A DNA stretch of 62,342 nt, filler included, from Hausera hauseri (lineage: Eukaryota), in assembly GCA_046269625.1 (NCBI GenBank). It is 11 parts of 11 records of this genome, joined end to end, with 100 filler letters (N's around TTAATTAATTAA, not from the genome) between each part and the next. Parts side by side here need not be neighbours in the genome. Positions count along the whole stretch, not along the records: positions 1 to 3,948 come from JBJURY010865963.1; positions 4,049 to 8,276 come from JBJURY010688216.1; positions 8,377 to 12,602 come from JBJURY010689771.1; positions 12,703 to 16,903 come from JBJURY010704327.1; 7 more parts are not named here. One strand, 5' to 3'. The notes beneath the pieces were generated by a model. That model did not search any database. It worked only from the letters and a program-made list of their open reading frames with translations, and was not told the origin of the DNA. The translations under genes and the position numbers were made by a program. This document shows, one piece after another, positions 1 to 13,203 of the stretch. Positions within the stretch are counted from its first letter, which is position 1. Every line of letters begins with the position of its first letter.

Positions 1-198
1 AATCCTATTCATGGTAAATTTGATATTGATTACAGTACAAATGTTGAAAATCAATTTGCACACATAACAAAAGAGTTTGGACACAGAAGATTTACTCCGA
101 GACTTCACCCAATTCCTGATGTGCTAAAGACTGACTGTGTGGAAGAAAAATACACCAAACTTGTTTCTTCAGATATGCGATTCAAACATCTGACAGGT
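1..198 (+). pseudogene. Fragment of an unknown protein, paralogous to 1345-1533
   Basis: Frame 1 NPIHGKFDIDYSTNVENQFAHITKEFGHRRFTPRLHPIPDVLKTD aligns by eye with NPVHAKCDAGYVVNEENSFAYMTKEFGLSRFTPRFHAISELLKTD. Confidence 0.65.
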
Positions 199-1056
199 AA
201 CAAAAATTAAAATGTCCGACACAAATTTCAATTAGAGTTTGTCAGATTTGCATTTGTATTTATTAAAGTTGTTCATAAAAAGTTATGGTACTCGAGTTAT
301 AATTTTATTTGAAATTAACGTACATGGTATGGTTAAATGACAAAACATTTTAAACATGTGAATATGCTACTTCGAATTAAACCAGTACATATGCGGACAT
401 AATTAGTATTTTATTAACTCTTATGTTTTACGAGTATGTAGTTAATACACCAGTGTTCCCTGACTTTTAAGGAAACGAATTTTTACACATGTAATTAGAA
501 TATACTGCGAAAGTATAAAGCGCTCAACATATTCTCATCATTCAATCATGATAACACGTTTCGTGAAATTATCATGTAATTACTATGAAATATATTGCAT
601 ATGTACTAGAATTATGACTTTTTGTACCCCATGTTCCCATCTAATGCTTCGATAAACTTTAGTTCAAAAGAGTAATAAAATGGCTTTGTTTCAATTTAGT
701 TTTTAAAAAAGATCACCCGCAAATAGATAATTCGCTGATACTATATGAGTTAATTATTTAACTATTTTATAAACAATATTAAATTTTCCTGCTTGGTGTG
801 ACGTTTTGAAGACTAAACAGAACTAAATCCTTTTCACTGTTTTGAATTAAAGCCCATCAATTTATGGTACGGGAATTCACTTATTTTACAAAAGCATAAT
901 CCTAGTATATGTATAACATGATCTGATCATAAAATTTATTATCATGAATAATGACGGGAATGTATTCATCACCCGTAGTATTCTGCAATTTATAATTGCG
1001 GTTTTATTTATTACAGTATTCACATGAAACCGATCTAACATCTGGATAAATTTAAA

Positions 1057-1905
1057 TTGCATTTGAAATGTAAATCATTTTGCGAATCATTATTCTTTCC
1101 ATCATCATCAGCATCAGCGTCATCAGCATTATCATCATCATCTCCATCATCATCATTAAAAACTTTTAGAGGTTATATTGACGATATCAAATTCCATCGA
1201 CCGCATCTTTACTATGATTATGCTTTTCGCACCAAATCTATCGGTTATGCCTTTCCATACAATAATTTTGCACGACATGCGAAAAATCGGCGTATTGATA
1301 ATGATCATTCTTGACAGCTTTTACCATATTCTCATCACATACTCAATCCCGTCCATGCAAAATGTGATGCTGGGTACGTTGTGAATGAAGAAAATTCATT
1401 TGCCTACATGACTAAAGAATTTGGTCTCAGTCGATTTACGCCGAGGTTTCATGCGATTTCCGAGTTGCTGAAGACTGACGATGTGAAAGGAAAATACATA
1501 GAGAAAGTCTTTTCAGACATGAAATTTAAATAGCAATATTTGTTGGAAAATTTAGCAGGTTCGTCTGGAAGTGATCGTCCATGTTACATGAGGGAACTAC
1601 CCGACGTGCTCAGATTATCGCCAACAGCATGTAGAAATAAATTACTTTCGATATTTTCATCGTCAGGAATAAATAAAAAGGAACACGGTGATTACGAACG
1701 GATATATGACGAAGCACATGCTTATCATTTCAGAATTTGCTGCAGAACAACACCAAAAATTCACGCTGATAATTCTCTAAACTGTTTTGACTTAACAAAA
1801 CATATGGTTCAGAATTACTGTCAGCGCTTTTATGGCCATAGCAATGACGGTGGTACAGATTTGGATTGGGGTGGTGCATCTAACTACATTATATTTAGAA
1901 TTTGA
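1057..1905 (+). pseudogene. Unknown protein of about 280 aa with two in-frame stops, probably a Polinton accessory gene
   Basis: ORFs 1057-1314 and 1540-1905 and the segment between them share frame 1, with stops at 1312 and 1531. AATAAA follows at about 1915 and the gene lies directly upstream of pPolB. Confidence 0.5.
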
Positions 1906-2101
1906 TTTCATAATAATAAATACTTGTTAATGTTACTGTTGTTTTTTTTCATGTATTGAAAATCATGTTTGCAAATTTCGTTTCATAAACATTACATGAG
2001 AGTAAAAAACAAGCTATTACAATATGAATACATTTTATCTACTTTTGTCAAAAACTCTACTATCATGTCACTTTAATAATTTTGCCATTTAGGATAAAGC
2101 G

Positions 2102-3948
2102 ATGCAGAAACGTCATTTTATTTTGGAAGATCAGAATGTTGAACGATATTCAACTTTAAACGGATCCCATGTTGATTTGCGGATTAACGTTGAACATGAT
2201 GGTTTAATAGACATGAGGCATGTTCCTCAACATCTCATTTTAAGACTAAAAGAAGAAACGGGACGTTTGCGATCGTGCAAAATTCAGTTTGGTGGTTTAG
2301 TTGAGTTTGAGAAATTTATTGAAGGTGACATTAAAAGATGGAGGCTGTCTCATCGTGCACAATCATGGAATGAGGACTTTATTGAACATGTTGGGCAAAT
2401 ACTGAATGAAAAAATTGAAAAATATTCAGAATGTGGCAGTGGATGGAGATTATGCCGGATAATTGAATTCACGTTTACTTTAACAAAAACATCAAACATT
2501 ATATACCTGACAGGAAGATCATATATCGCAACACCTAATGGTCTTTGTAAGTCAAAGTCTACAGTAAATGTTCAAAATTCAGATAATAAGTGTTTTTTAT
2601 ACAGTATTCTTGCTGTTTTGCATTACGGCGATGTACGACATCATCGCAATCGACCATATAATTATCTCCAATATATGCATGAACTCAACTATGAAGAAAG
2701 TGAAATGCCAATGAAATTAGCTGATATTAGTCGGTTTGAGGCTCGAAATCCCAATCTTGCAATTAATGTCTTTGGATACAACAATGATATTAGTGATATG
2801 ATTGATGAGCATCAGGAAGTGTTTAAAAACCCCCATGTTGATGTCTTGTATCGTTCGAAAAATCGTTCATCGTCATCATGTCGAATTGTTAACCTGTTGG
2901 TACTGCAGGGGTCGGACAGATTTCATTACGTAGCTGTGATAAATTTAAATCGACTTTTAAATATTCGCAGTGACGTGATTCGGATTAGTTGTAAATGGTG
3001 CCAAATTTGTTTACATGGTTTTAGATATCAAAAGGCATACGATAACCATGTTAAATTATGCTGTGCTCATGGTGAACATACAACATTGTATGTCATGCCA
3101 TCATCAAAAAATTGTCAGTTTACTGACTTATCTAAGCCTGTGTCTCCGGCTTTTGTTGTGTATTCCGATTTCGAGTCTGTCCTACCACCTTGCAGTGGTA
3201 GGTAAGAGCAAAACACGTTCCTGCAGCTGTAGGTTTAGTGCTTGTTCCGTTAAAGGATTCTAACTTATTGCCACAATATTACCATTTCGTGGGGGATAGT
3301 TGCATTGTAGATTATTTGACATGTTTGGAGTCTATGGCTAAAGATGTCGTGATTCCGTGGTATGATTAGAATGATCATGATCCTTTGTTTTCATTATCTT
3401 CAGAGGAGGAATCTGCGTTTCTTAAAGCCGAATTGTGTTATTTATTCAAAAAGGGGATATTGAATAAAGTTAGAGATCATGACCATTTTACATGTCAGTA
3501 TATAGGCGCTGCAATTATGAGCGAAAAGAATGCAAGTGAACTCCAGGATTTCGATCCTCCGACTTTGCCGAGAAAAGTCTTCTTTACTATAATGTAATGT
3601 TCAAAGACAGGTTCGCATGGTACTTCCGGTTATTTTCCATAATTTTAGAGGTTGATTCCCATCACATTATGAAATATGCCCTTAAGCATTTTCGAAGTTG
3701 GAAACCCAGTGTAATAGCACAAAGCCGAGAAAAGATTTTAGCCATGTTTGCGCGCATTTCTGGTAGTCTGAAAATTAAATTTATCGATTCATATCAACTT
3801 ATGTCCGAGTCATTGGACACCCTTTCTTCAAAGTTGGTACAATGGCCTTTGCCATCAACCGCCTTTTCAGGACAAATTGGTTATAGAAAAGGTATTTATC
3901 TTTACAATTTTGCAACATCATGAACTATATTGGAGAATACAACTGATT
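2102..3948 (+). pseudogene. Polinton/Maverick (adintovirus-like) protein-primed family B DNA polymerase, N-terminal half, frameshifted and cut by the contig end
   Basis: Motifs GSGW, SYIxTP, VNVQNSDNKCFLYSILA, HYVAVINLNRLL, CxxC...H...C, VVYSDFES, VRDHDHFT..YIGAA, KFIDSYQLMSESLDTL and RKGIY occur in the order typical of Polinton pPolB. Confidence 0.85.
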
Positions 3949-4048
3949 NNNNNNNNNNNNNNNNNNNNNNNNNNNNNNNNNNNNNNNNNNNNTTAATTAA
4001 TTAANNNNNNNNNNNNNNNNNNNNNNNNNNNNNNNNNNNNNNNNNNNN
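3949..4048. other. Assembly spacer (N44-TTAATTAATTAA-N44). Identical spacers lie at 8277-8376, 12603-12702, 16904-17003, 25419-25518, 30947-31046, 35966-36065, 43488-43587, 51956-52055 and 57761-57860.
   Basis: The same 100-bp block, with stops in all six frames, occurs ten times and separates unrelated sequences. Confidence 0.99.
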
Positions 4049-4136
4049 GAAACAAGATGCTTCTGAAATCGGCTAAACATAAGAAAATAAAATATGTATA
4101 GCGATTTAAAATTTTGATTTTGTACAAAAAATGGAA

Positions 4137-4217
4137 TACAGTATAACCTCTCTAAAGAGACCACCCATTGGACCATACAAAATCGGTCTTTCAGAGAGGT
4201 GGTCTCTGAATAGAGGT
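4137..4217 (+). mobile_element. Tc1/pogo-type DNA transposon or MITE terminus
   Basis: TA|CAGTATAACCTCTCTAAAGAGACCAC...GTGGTCTCTGAATAGAGGT has a TA target, a CAGT start and an internal palindrome. Confidence 0.5.
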
Positions 4218-5319
4218 AATGGGTAAAGCAAACTTTCATGCAATACATACTACAAAAAAAAATTAAAGTCTATTATTTTTCATGTCTATACAGCTTTAAA
4301 GAAGGAACTAATTAAAGTTTGCTTTGATTTTAACAATTTCTCATTAACAATTTTGGTTTCTAAATTCTTTTATCTGTTTGAACAAATTATTTATTTTAGT
4401 GTGAAATTTGAGCTGATAATAAATGACAATCTCTTTCCAAGTAAAGTTGTAGGAGTCGCTGTTATTTTTAAGTTACTTAACTCTCCACATTTTAGTTGCT
4501 CTTTTTCCGCTCCCTGACACGTGACTTGCCTCACGGATTCTAGATTAAAGAAGGTACGACACTTGCTCTATTATGCAAATGAGTATGCAAAAATTGTTCC
4601 CTGGAATGATATTTATAGGTGTCCGAAAGTTCAGTGAAAGTGAGAGTGTGAGAGTAAGTTGTGCGTAACACGTGAGAATGCTCGTTTAACTCAAATCCTA
4701 AGCTCTAGCGTTCTGCTAGTGTGAGAGTAAGTCGTTCTGACTACTCGAGTTACGTGTGTGGAATTTTACTTTAAATTTTGTAGTACTTAGTCTTGCTCGA
4801 CTCAACGTCGTCTATGTGTATTCATCTCGCCGAATTGGCACTTTTATTTTAAGGGTTTTATCTCAAGCCTGTGTAAAAAGTCATCAGTAAACTTATTTAT
4901 TATTTTACTTACTGCTTCTGTGTTAATAAACCGTATCCTGGTACCTTAAGCTGAAAAACATATGTCTATTTGTATTTGAGAGCAAGGGAATTCTTACAAT
5001 TGTTCTGAGCCGTTTACGATGCTAGTCAGTTGCTGATAAATTCAACTGGCACTCTGACTCTACATCTGAGTTTAGGTTCCCTGCTCTATAGATCACAAAA
5101 CTAAACGGAAATCCTTCCCCAAACTATTGGAACACAATAATGATATTGGTTTTGCGAATTTTACTCGTGTAACTGCAATCGTTGCAATTTTTCAAATGGA
5201 ACTGCTGATCTAGACTAATTAAGGAGAATGCACATTTGTCATTCCCAAAATATTTTTTAAATAAACATATGTCTTTCTTACAGACAGCCAACTGTCAATT
5301 GCTGTTATGAATTGTTTAA

Positions 5320-8276
5320 TTGCAAAATGTTGTATTTCCCGATTCCATGCTCAACCAAAGGCAATCGCATCAGGTATCTTTTGAAAAATTGCTGGGATCT
5401 TCAGGCTTATATTGTAAAACTATTGAGCATCGTCCCTGTCTGATAAGTTACAATTACGGAATATCAAGTCGTAATGTTGAAATAAAGAGATATAAAGGAA
5501 TGCCAAGAGTGAGGAGAACGAAAAGCAACGTGGGCCAAGGTAACAAGAACATTACCAGTCAGACATCGCGAGAATTTCTACGAACTATGAGCATCAGTCC
5601 TGTGGTTTGATAGGGCCAGGAATTTGGGTCGGTGATTCTAGAGCAAGACATCGACACTACCTTCGTTATTTCTGTAAAAAACATGATGTCAGGAACGTTC
5701 CTGTAGCTTCATTTGAAGGGGAATTTAATAATATTGATAGCTATCACGTTTATTTCTCTGTCTCCGTGAATGTTGATGTGAGTTATGTTGTGACGGGGGA
5801 ATGTATGCAAATCTGGATGAGTTAAAGGGACTGAGTGGGGAAATAAAATTAGTGTCAATTTTTTTATTTGGATGATTGTGAGTGTGAATCAACATAAGTT
5901 AATATCTGGGTTAAAGGATTCGACGGCAAAAAGGAAATTAGTTAGGGTGAGGCAATACTTAAGTTAGATGTAAAAATATATGGGCCCAGCGAAAGACTGA
6001 TGAAAGTGAAACCGGGATTTACGCGGAGAGTAATTCAGTTGGGGTAGTTTTCTATTTAAGGAAGAATGTGTATGATGTTACAAAAAATTTACCGTATTAT
6101 ATCGATATAGATTTTCCAGTTAGAACCGTGTGCAAAAGAATCACACCGCAAAGAAATTCGGTATAATGTAAATGGTACAGAGTTATATTCAAAGCCGAGT
6201 TATTTCTTTGAAATTCCACCGAGAATGCATACATTGTCACGAAATTACGGGAAATACAGGGACTAGGATAGTTATTTATATTTTATTAAAAATACAATTC
6301 CATCCAAAATTTCTTGTTCTGGATTTCGAGCCTCTGAAAAGTAACAACAGAATAAAGGGTGTCTTCCTAGTTTTGTAGTCTGTTGTAGAATTTCCGTTGA
6401 ACGAAAAAATTTGCCTAGTTTGAATCTTTTTTTCATGGATGATATTCAAAATAACGTCATTCTACAGTTATTGCGAAAATCTCCATATAAATTTCGATAT
6501 TTATCATCATATTTGGAAAAAACGAAAATTCGTTTTGATGAACTATATGTAAAATGTCGGCATTATTATCGTTATCTCTGTGAAAGAAATAACATCGGTA
6601 GTGGATTGAAGAATATTGTAAAATTGGTTAGAAATGATTTTAATAATATTGTTAATTATTATTACCGTTTTTGTTTCACATGTGTTTACCTGGGTTGTAT
6701 CATGGGGGTAACTGTGTATATGTCTGGGAGGTTATAATGGATGAATTGGAGAACAAGATCCAAGATAGGCATTTTCTATATGCGATGGAATGGTCCAGCA
6801 AAGGAAGTCAATTTCGCGTTTAAGTATATTAAGGGGAAGGGAGATTTAATTGAGGATAAGAAAATTTATGGCTTCAAATTAAAGGCATTTGAGTTCAGTT
6901 GACAACCGATGGATGTAATTTCAGGTTCTGATATGGATGACACTTTGATAGATGAATTTTTTTTGTTTCATGTATATATATATATACATTGTTGGAGTAA
7001 ATTTACCATATAAAAACTACATAGAATTTCCAATCCTCGTGACCAAACTGTAATAGATTTTGTTGCACGTCAGACATACCCACATGATAAAAAATATTAG
7101 TTGATTTATTTCACGATGCAACAAAAATGCTCGCGGATATATTTTTATTTATTTTACTCAGCAATGTGCATATGACGAATGCATAAAAACAGATATGTTC
7201 AACACGAAAGGTATAACACTGTATAAGCAACTTTAAAGTACAAACATAAATAAATGAAAGAAATATTTTGTAATATGCAATTAAAAAAGTTATCCATAAA
7301 GAAAAGTTACATAGTAGAAGAAAAATATATCTCAAAAAGAAAAGTGTAATTGATAGATGACAAACAAGGCTACCAAGACGCTGAATTTCAACTATAAACA
7401 AAAATCACATAATTTAACAGTATCGAAATGAAAAGATTGAGAAGTTTACCATGTTTTCAAGCTGTTGTTAAATCACCAAACAGTTTTGGATAGGAAATTT
7501 TACATTCCATGCCAAAATTTGTAATACATGACTTTTATGAGGTTTTGCGGAATATTATAGAAGGTCGCATAGATGTAGGTAAAAAGAAACGATTATTTAA
7601 AAATATAAAGATGTGTAAATGGGTTTTATGAATGAATGTACAGTGGCTGGTAAGAGACGAGTACTTCTAGAATGTTAGCCATTGAGACCAGTCAGTCACA
7701 ATTACAAAAAAGGTAAAAAGGCCAAAAGCGAGTGAAGCAGAATTTGGGAACAAAACCAGGACAACAAAGTGGCGAATGATTTGCTTTTATCGCAATTCCA
7801 TCAGTAATTGCAGCACTGAAAGCCATTGTCTTGGCAGTAGCTATTGGATTAGGAACAGAAGCTACAAGGGCTGCAGTACTAAAAATAAAAGAGAACATAG
7901 AATATAAACAATAAATGAGGTATAATTTGCGATTATGGGAAATGTACAACAATCTTTACCGAATTAAAGTTTTAATAGAAAATCATACTGCTATAATAGA
8001 AAAGAAAGAGTAGCAAATGAATAAGTTGTGGTTCGATCCAAAACAATTCAGCTGGTTTCGCAGCAGATTCAAGTCTGATGAAGGGGGTGAAACTATCCAA
8101 AAGCAGGCAAAGAGTTGGTTAAGCGATGAGCTGGCGTACAGTTTGCACAGACTATGAAGAAGCAGTTCCTAACACGGAATTACCAAGCTAAATGTGTTAA
8201 CGAATTTTGACAAATGGGCCTAATGGAAATGATACCTTTTGCTAAAGTAAACAAAAGTTTCAAATATGTCCTTAAT
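5320..8276 (+). mobile_element. Decayed Polinton/Maverick segment with several small degenerate genes, ending in integrase
   Basis: Dense short degenerate ORFs, a basic then Ala/Gly-rich hydrophobic peptide at about 7700-7915, then a Polinton-type integrase start. The left boundary is uncertain. Confidence 0.5.
8017..8276 (+). pseudogene. Polinton retroviral-like integrase, N-terminus
   Basis: MNKLWFDPK..SAGF...KQAKSWLSDELAYSLHR..KKQFLTRNY....NEF*QMGLMEMIPFAKVNKSFKYVL resembles the Polinton integrase pattern YYDP..WL....YTLH.P....F.R....WQ.DL.DM.....N.G.KY.L. Confidence 0.8.
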
Positions 8277-8376
8277 NNNNNNNNNNNNNNNNNNNNNNNN
8301 NNNNNNNNNNNNNNNNNNNNTTAATTAATTAANNNNNNNNNNNNNNNNNNNNNNNNNNNNNNNNNNNNNNNNNNNN

Positions 8377-9850
8377 TGACTACGAAAAAAAAATAACTTG
8401 CAACATAATAGGATCATTTAGACAAAATGCGTCCATTTTTTATCGCACTTTATATACGGTTAAACTGACGGTAAATGATACAAAAAACAAACAAATTGCA
8501 AAAGATGTATATTTATTTGAAATACCTGAAGGCATTGATGATAGAGCATTGCTTTTAAATGTTACCTAGAAAGAATGGGCTATCAAGATGTAGACTTTAT
8601 TATGATTACACAAGGCTCCATATCCATTGCAGCGACGTATGGAAATCCCAAGTTGAAAATCATCAGATGTCACGTAGATACCTATTATTATTCATTTAGT
8701 GTTGGATCGGAAGTAGAATGTACTTATGTAGAAGAAAAATGGAGTCTGTGCTCTTTGTGCACGAAAAATTTTATTGCGTTTCCACGGGGAAATTTTACCA
8801 ATTATTATTTACCGAATCAATTATTATTTACTGAATCAAAATTGGAAATGTACAACACATTTCACGTTCATAATACCATCCCAAATAAAACAGACGTCCA
8901 AATATTTTATAAGCAAAACTTTTGGTCAGTAGATCTACTTCTGATAGAGGACCATGGTAATTTTGGAAAAGTTTATGGCAGTACTGATGATGATGAAAAT
9001 CACTCACTTGAGGACTATAAACAACCGACAGAAAATGAATATCTTTAGAAACCTGATCAAAATGATCACCAGGAACGATTTTCCCAGGAGCTCAGAATCT
9101 ATGCCAAACTAGATGGCAAAAGTGAATCTGGTAATAAAGCAAATATCAACAAACACATTCATGATCGACAAAAAATGCACCCACCGTTACTTCCGACTCC
9201 ATGGATACTTAAATAACAATTGCGACCAAAGTCAAGTCCTACGTCACCGAGTGGATTAGCAAATGGCTATTCACCTCAATCGAACTCCCGGGTGAAACAG
9301 TTGCTCGATTTCAAAATAACATCAAATATAAATGCTCAAACTGAAGACCGTTGTGCAAAACATTGTTTGAAGAGCACTTCAAAATTTCTAATGATTCCAA
9401 AATCTTTATTCCGAAACAAATGCTTATTAACGAACCTCATGTCACTTTGTTCGAGGAGGAAAATGATAGCTTATCACAGAACAAGAACAATTCAGAAACT
9501 GGTTTACATTGCTCTAGTAGTTCTCCAATAAACTTTTCACCTAAGTCATGTAACAATCATCCAACCGCTACACAGTGTTCGGGGTACTCAACTCCGACAT
9601 CTTATTGCTCGACCAATTCCGACGAAATAACACAAGGTAATTGTGACAGTTATTCATATACTCGATCATTTAAAATATCGGACGTTTCACCTGTAATTCA
9701 CATATCATCTCAGAATTATGATGGTCCTTATCGGAAAATTTCTGTTTGTTCCTCATCGAGAAGTCATTCTGGTTTTAATAATTTTGGTCGAAATACAAGG
9801 GATTCTCTGGCTGAGGGACCGAGCGTGCCCGCCCCCGTTACACCACTTCT
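8377..9850 (+). pseudogene. Unknown coding region (Cys/aromatic-rich part, then Ser-rich part) upstream of a UBL-Gag
   Basis: ORFs 8575-9048, 9220-9531 and 9351-9983. The last reads in frame into the ubiquitin-like domain. Confidence 0.45.
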
Positions 9851-10067
9851 TTCTTTTCTCATCTTTTCTAATAATAAACATGTCTATACATTGAGGGTTG
9901 CACACAAACAAACGGCACATATTCATTATTCTGAATTGTCCTTTTTTTCGGCTCCTATTTTTATTGTATGCATAATGGCCTAACTTTGTTACCTTACGAC
10001 TCTGTCATCCTTTACACCCGGGAAATATTCCATGACTCTCATTGTCCATTTTCGCATCCGTGGCGGA
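9850..10067 (+). pseudogene. Ubiquitin-like domain ending RIRGG (copy 1), frameshifted
   Basis: FLIFSNNKHVYTLRVAHKQTAHIHYSEL..FYCMHNGLTLLPYDSV..MTLIVHFRIRGG; RIRGG is at 10053-10067. Confidence 0.7.
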
Positions 10068-12602
10068 TCGGACCCTGACCCTTCCGCCGAATATTTCACT
10101 TAAACCAGATCTGGTCGTCGTCCTGTCGACCCCACACCATCAAAGTATCCGAATCTCCCCTGCACAGATTTTTCCTAGGTAAAACGAACTCGAGCCGCAC
10201 TTGGTTACAGTTTCATTTGCAATGGCTCAAAGCCAATCACATTACAGATTCCTTTCTGCGGGCTAACAGTTTGCTGCTATTACTTCCAGCTAAAATCAAA
10301 CAGCAAAGAAGTAATCTGGCTGGCCTACTCTCTTCTTCAAGGCCCTATGATATGCTGTATAAATCAGTTCTACATATCACCGACCCTTCGATCGACAGCA
10401 TAATTCAGAAATATTTTAATGAACACGCCATCGGAAATCAAAAACCATCGGATTTCTTTAAAACTGCCATCTTGCAATTGAGCTCCTTGGGCGTCACTCC
10501 CACAAACAATGCCGATCTTCTTCGTCGGTATTTTCTTTCATCTTTGCCAACCTCCATCCGAGCGATGCTGATTGTAGTAGACGACCCTACTCGCCTTGAA
10601 AAGCTCGCCTTGTTGGCAGACAAAAGTTTTGATATTCTGCAGTCTAATAGTTCACAGCCAGTAGCCGCAGCAACCGCTCATACACCTTCAGGCAACACTC
10701 TATTTACACAACAACTGCATTTGATGCAGAAGCAGTTCGACACACTCCAACAAGCAATTTCTGCGATCACAGTCAAACTCAGTGATTTATCCGTGCCTCG
10801 AGGAAGCGAAAATTGTATTTCACGCAATCGCAGTTTTTCCAGGCACTCTTATCGTTTCGAATCTAGAGATGGTAAAATGACGTGTTTTATCACAACAAAT
10901 TCCGCAGAGACGCAAGGAAATATGTTTTAGGCTGTCGATTCTACGATGAACGATATGCAGTAGACAATCCAATCTGCATCTATCACGAAAAGTATCAGTC
11001 CAAGGCTAGGTTGTGCTGTGCCAGGATGCAAATATTATAAAAGGAATTCAATTTTCTCTCCATTTTCTTCGCTTTCTCGTACTCATCATTCTTCTTTTCC
11101 TCAACAAGTCTCAAAAAACCAATAATGCCACCAGATGCCACGGCACATTCTGGCACAGGCAATGTCATTCAATCTTCTGGCCGTTTCAACATTGCCTCTT
11201 CAGTCTTTCTGTTGATAGCTGAAATATTATTTGGAGACACATCACAAATAGATTTCCTTATCGATTCAGGAGCTGCCTTTTCACTTCTTTCTTTGTCTTT
11301 CGCTCCTATGTCTAACACAGTTTTCTCTCCTCCAAATTTCACTGCAAGTGGACAACCGTTGCACGTTGCAGGAACCACGGAATTGACTTTCACATTCGCC
11401 AAATTGCCATATAAGTTTGTCTGGAAGTTCCACGTGGCCAACATTAAATCTCCAATAATAGGCTCAGATTTTCTTGCCGCACGTGATTTATTGGTAGATT
11501 GCAAATACAGCTGTCTTCTCGGCAGAAACTCGATTTCAACTTCAAACATGTGTCTCGCAGACAATTTAGCAAGCAATTCATTGCACTCATTACGAAACAT
11601 GTTGAACGTTTCGTCGTCTATTAAAAAAACTTCCGATAAAGTCGGTACGCCTTCAATTATGAACGACAATCATATATCTATTCTGAAACAAAAATCCAAA
11701 TTAGGTGTCGACAGCAGCGATGCCAGTTGCCTCTCTTCAGTCACTTCAGCTGTTCTTTTTAATGATACGCCTCAATCATTCTTATCTTTAGACTCCGATC
11801 TTAGATCAAATATCACAACATCATGCTTTCGAATAGTTAAAAAAAACATGAACTTCAAGCTCGCCCTCAGCTTATCATCAAATAGTAACGGAGCATCAGA
11901 GGCCTATTAAACGGAGGGTCGGAACTTTGTTGCCACGCATACGTAAAGCTGTGGAGCAGGAGTTTAATGAACTGGAAATGTCTGGCATCGTTCGGAAATC
12001 GAATTCTCCATGGGCCTCTCCTCTTTATGTAGTGGTAAAGAAAGATTGAACCTATAGGCCATGTGGCGACTATCGACAATTAAACATTCTAACTATTACA
12101 GATGCCTATCTACTACCACTCATTAAGTATATACTTCATAGCCTCAGCAACACCAATACCTATTCTACTATTGATCTGCACAAGGCCTACCATCAAATCC
12201 CTGTTGCCCCTGATGACATTCCAAAAACTGCTGTCATCACACCATTTGGTCTTTATGAATACATCTCCATACCTTTCGGCCTACGTAGTGCATCTCAGAC
12301 CTTTCAGCGCCACATTGATACCGTTCATTCTGGACTTGATTTTGCTCACCCATACATAGATGACATATTAGTCGCTTCAAGCTCCTCAACACAACATCAT
12401 GAGCATCTTAGAATTATTTTCCACAGATTGCATCAAAGTAACCTGCAAATTAATTTCTACAAATGCAATTTCTTCCAGAAACTCGTAAACTTCATATGCC
12501 ACATAATTAATCCTGAAGGGCATTTGCCCCAGCCTGATCGCTTACAACAATTAAAAAATGTAACGTTGCCAACTACAACTACCGATATGAGGAGTTTTCT
12601 AG
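10068..12602 (+). mobile_element. Ty3/Gypsy gag-protease-RT, decayed and cut by the contig end
   Basis: Gag with IGNQKPSDF and a C-terminal CxxH-type repeat. Protease FLIDSGAAFSLL...IIGSDFL (11125-11910). RT SPWASPL, RPCGDYRQLN, DL.KAYHQIP and YIDDILVAS (about 12350). Confidence 0.92.
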
Positions 12603-13203
12603 NNNNNNNNNNNNNNNNNNNNNNNNNNNNNNNNNNNNNNNNNNNNTTAATTAATTAANNNNNNNNNNNNNNNNNNNNNNNNNNNNNNNNNNNNNNNNNN
12701 NNACCCCCGCCATCTTGCGCCCGACTTGGTCCACCTTGCGCCCACTTTTTTTTTTTCTTTACGTTATAGTCTCCACCAAACTCCTCTGCTCCCAAGCTCC
12801 CAAAATCAGAAGGTCTCGATCACTAATGATGATGATCCACTGCTCGGCTTGCTGCCTAGAGCTCCTACAGTAGCTGAAGGTCTTTGTCACTAATGATGAA
12901 TTTCAACGCCTGCACTGCTAGGTTGCAGGCGTATATAGCTCATATAAGACGTCTGCAGGCCGATACGGTGGATTCTGTACCTATATCACTACTGAGGTTT
13001 GAGGCTCCAAAAGAGAACGATGCGTCTGATTTGCTTAGAGAGCACACCGCTATCTACGTCTATCAAATACTGCATAAAAAGGCCACCCTAGTTAGAAACA
13101 TTCTTCCAAATAAAACATTGCCCGTACTCAACGCGCAACAATCACATTGTAAACATAACACCAAGATATTTTTCGTAGCTACTTCAATTATTTTCGTGAC
13201 GTA

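Noticed and set aside
1100-1157. Poly-Ser stretch
   Set aside because: A (TCA)n microsatellite; not informative.
3949-4048. Regularly recurring TTAATTAATTAA motif
   Set aside because: It is an assembly linker; ORFs spanning it and gene neighbourhoods across it are artefacts.
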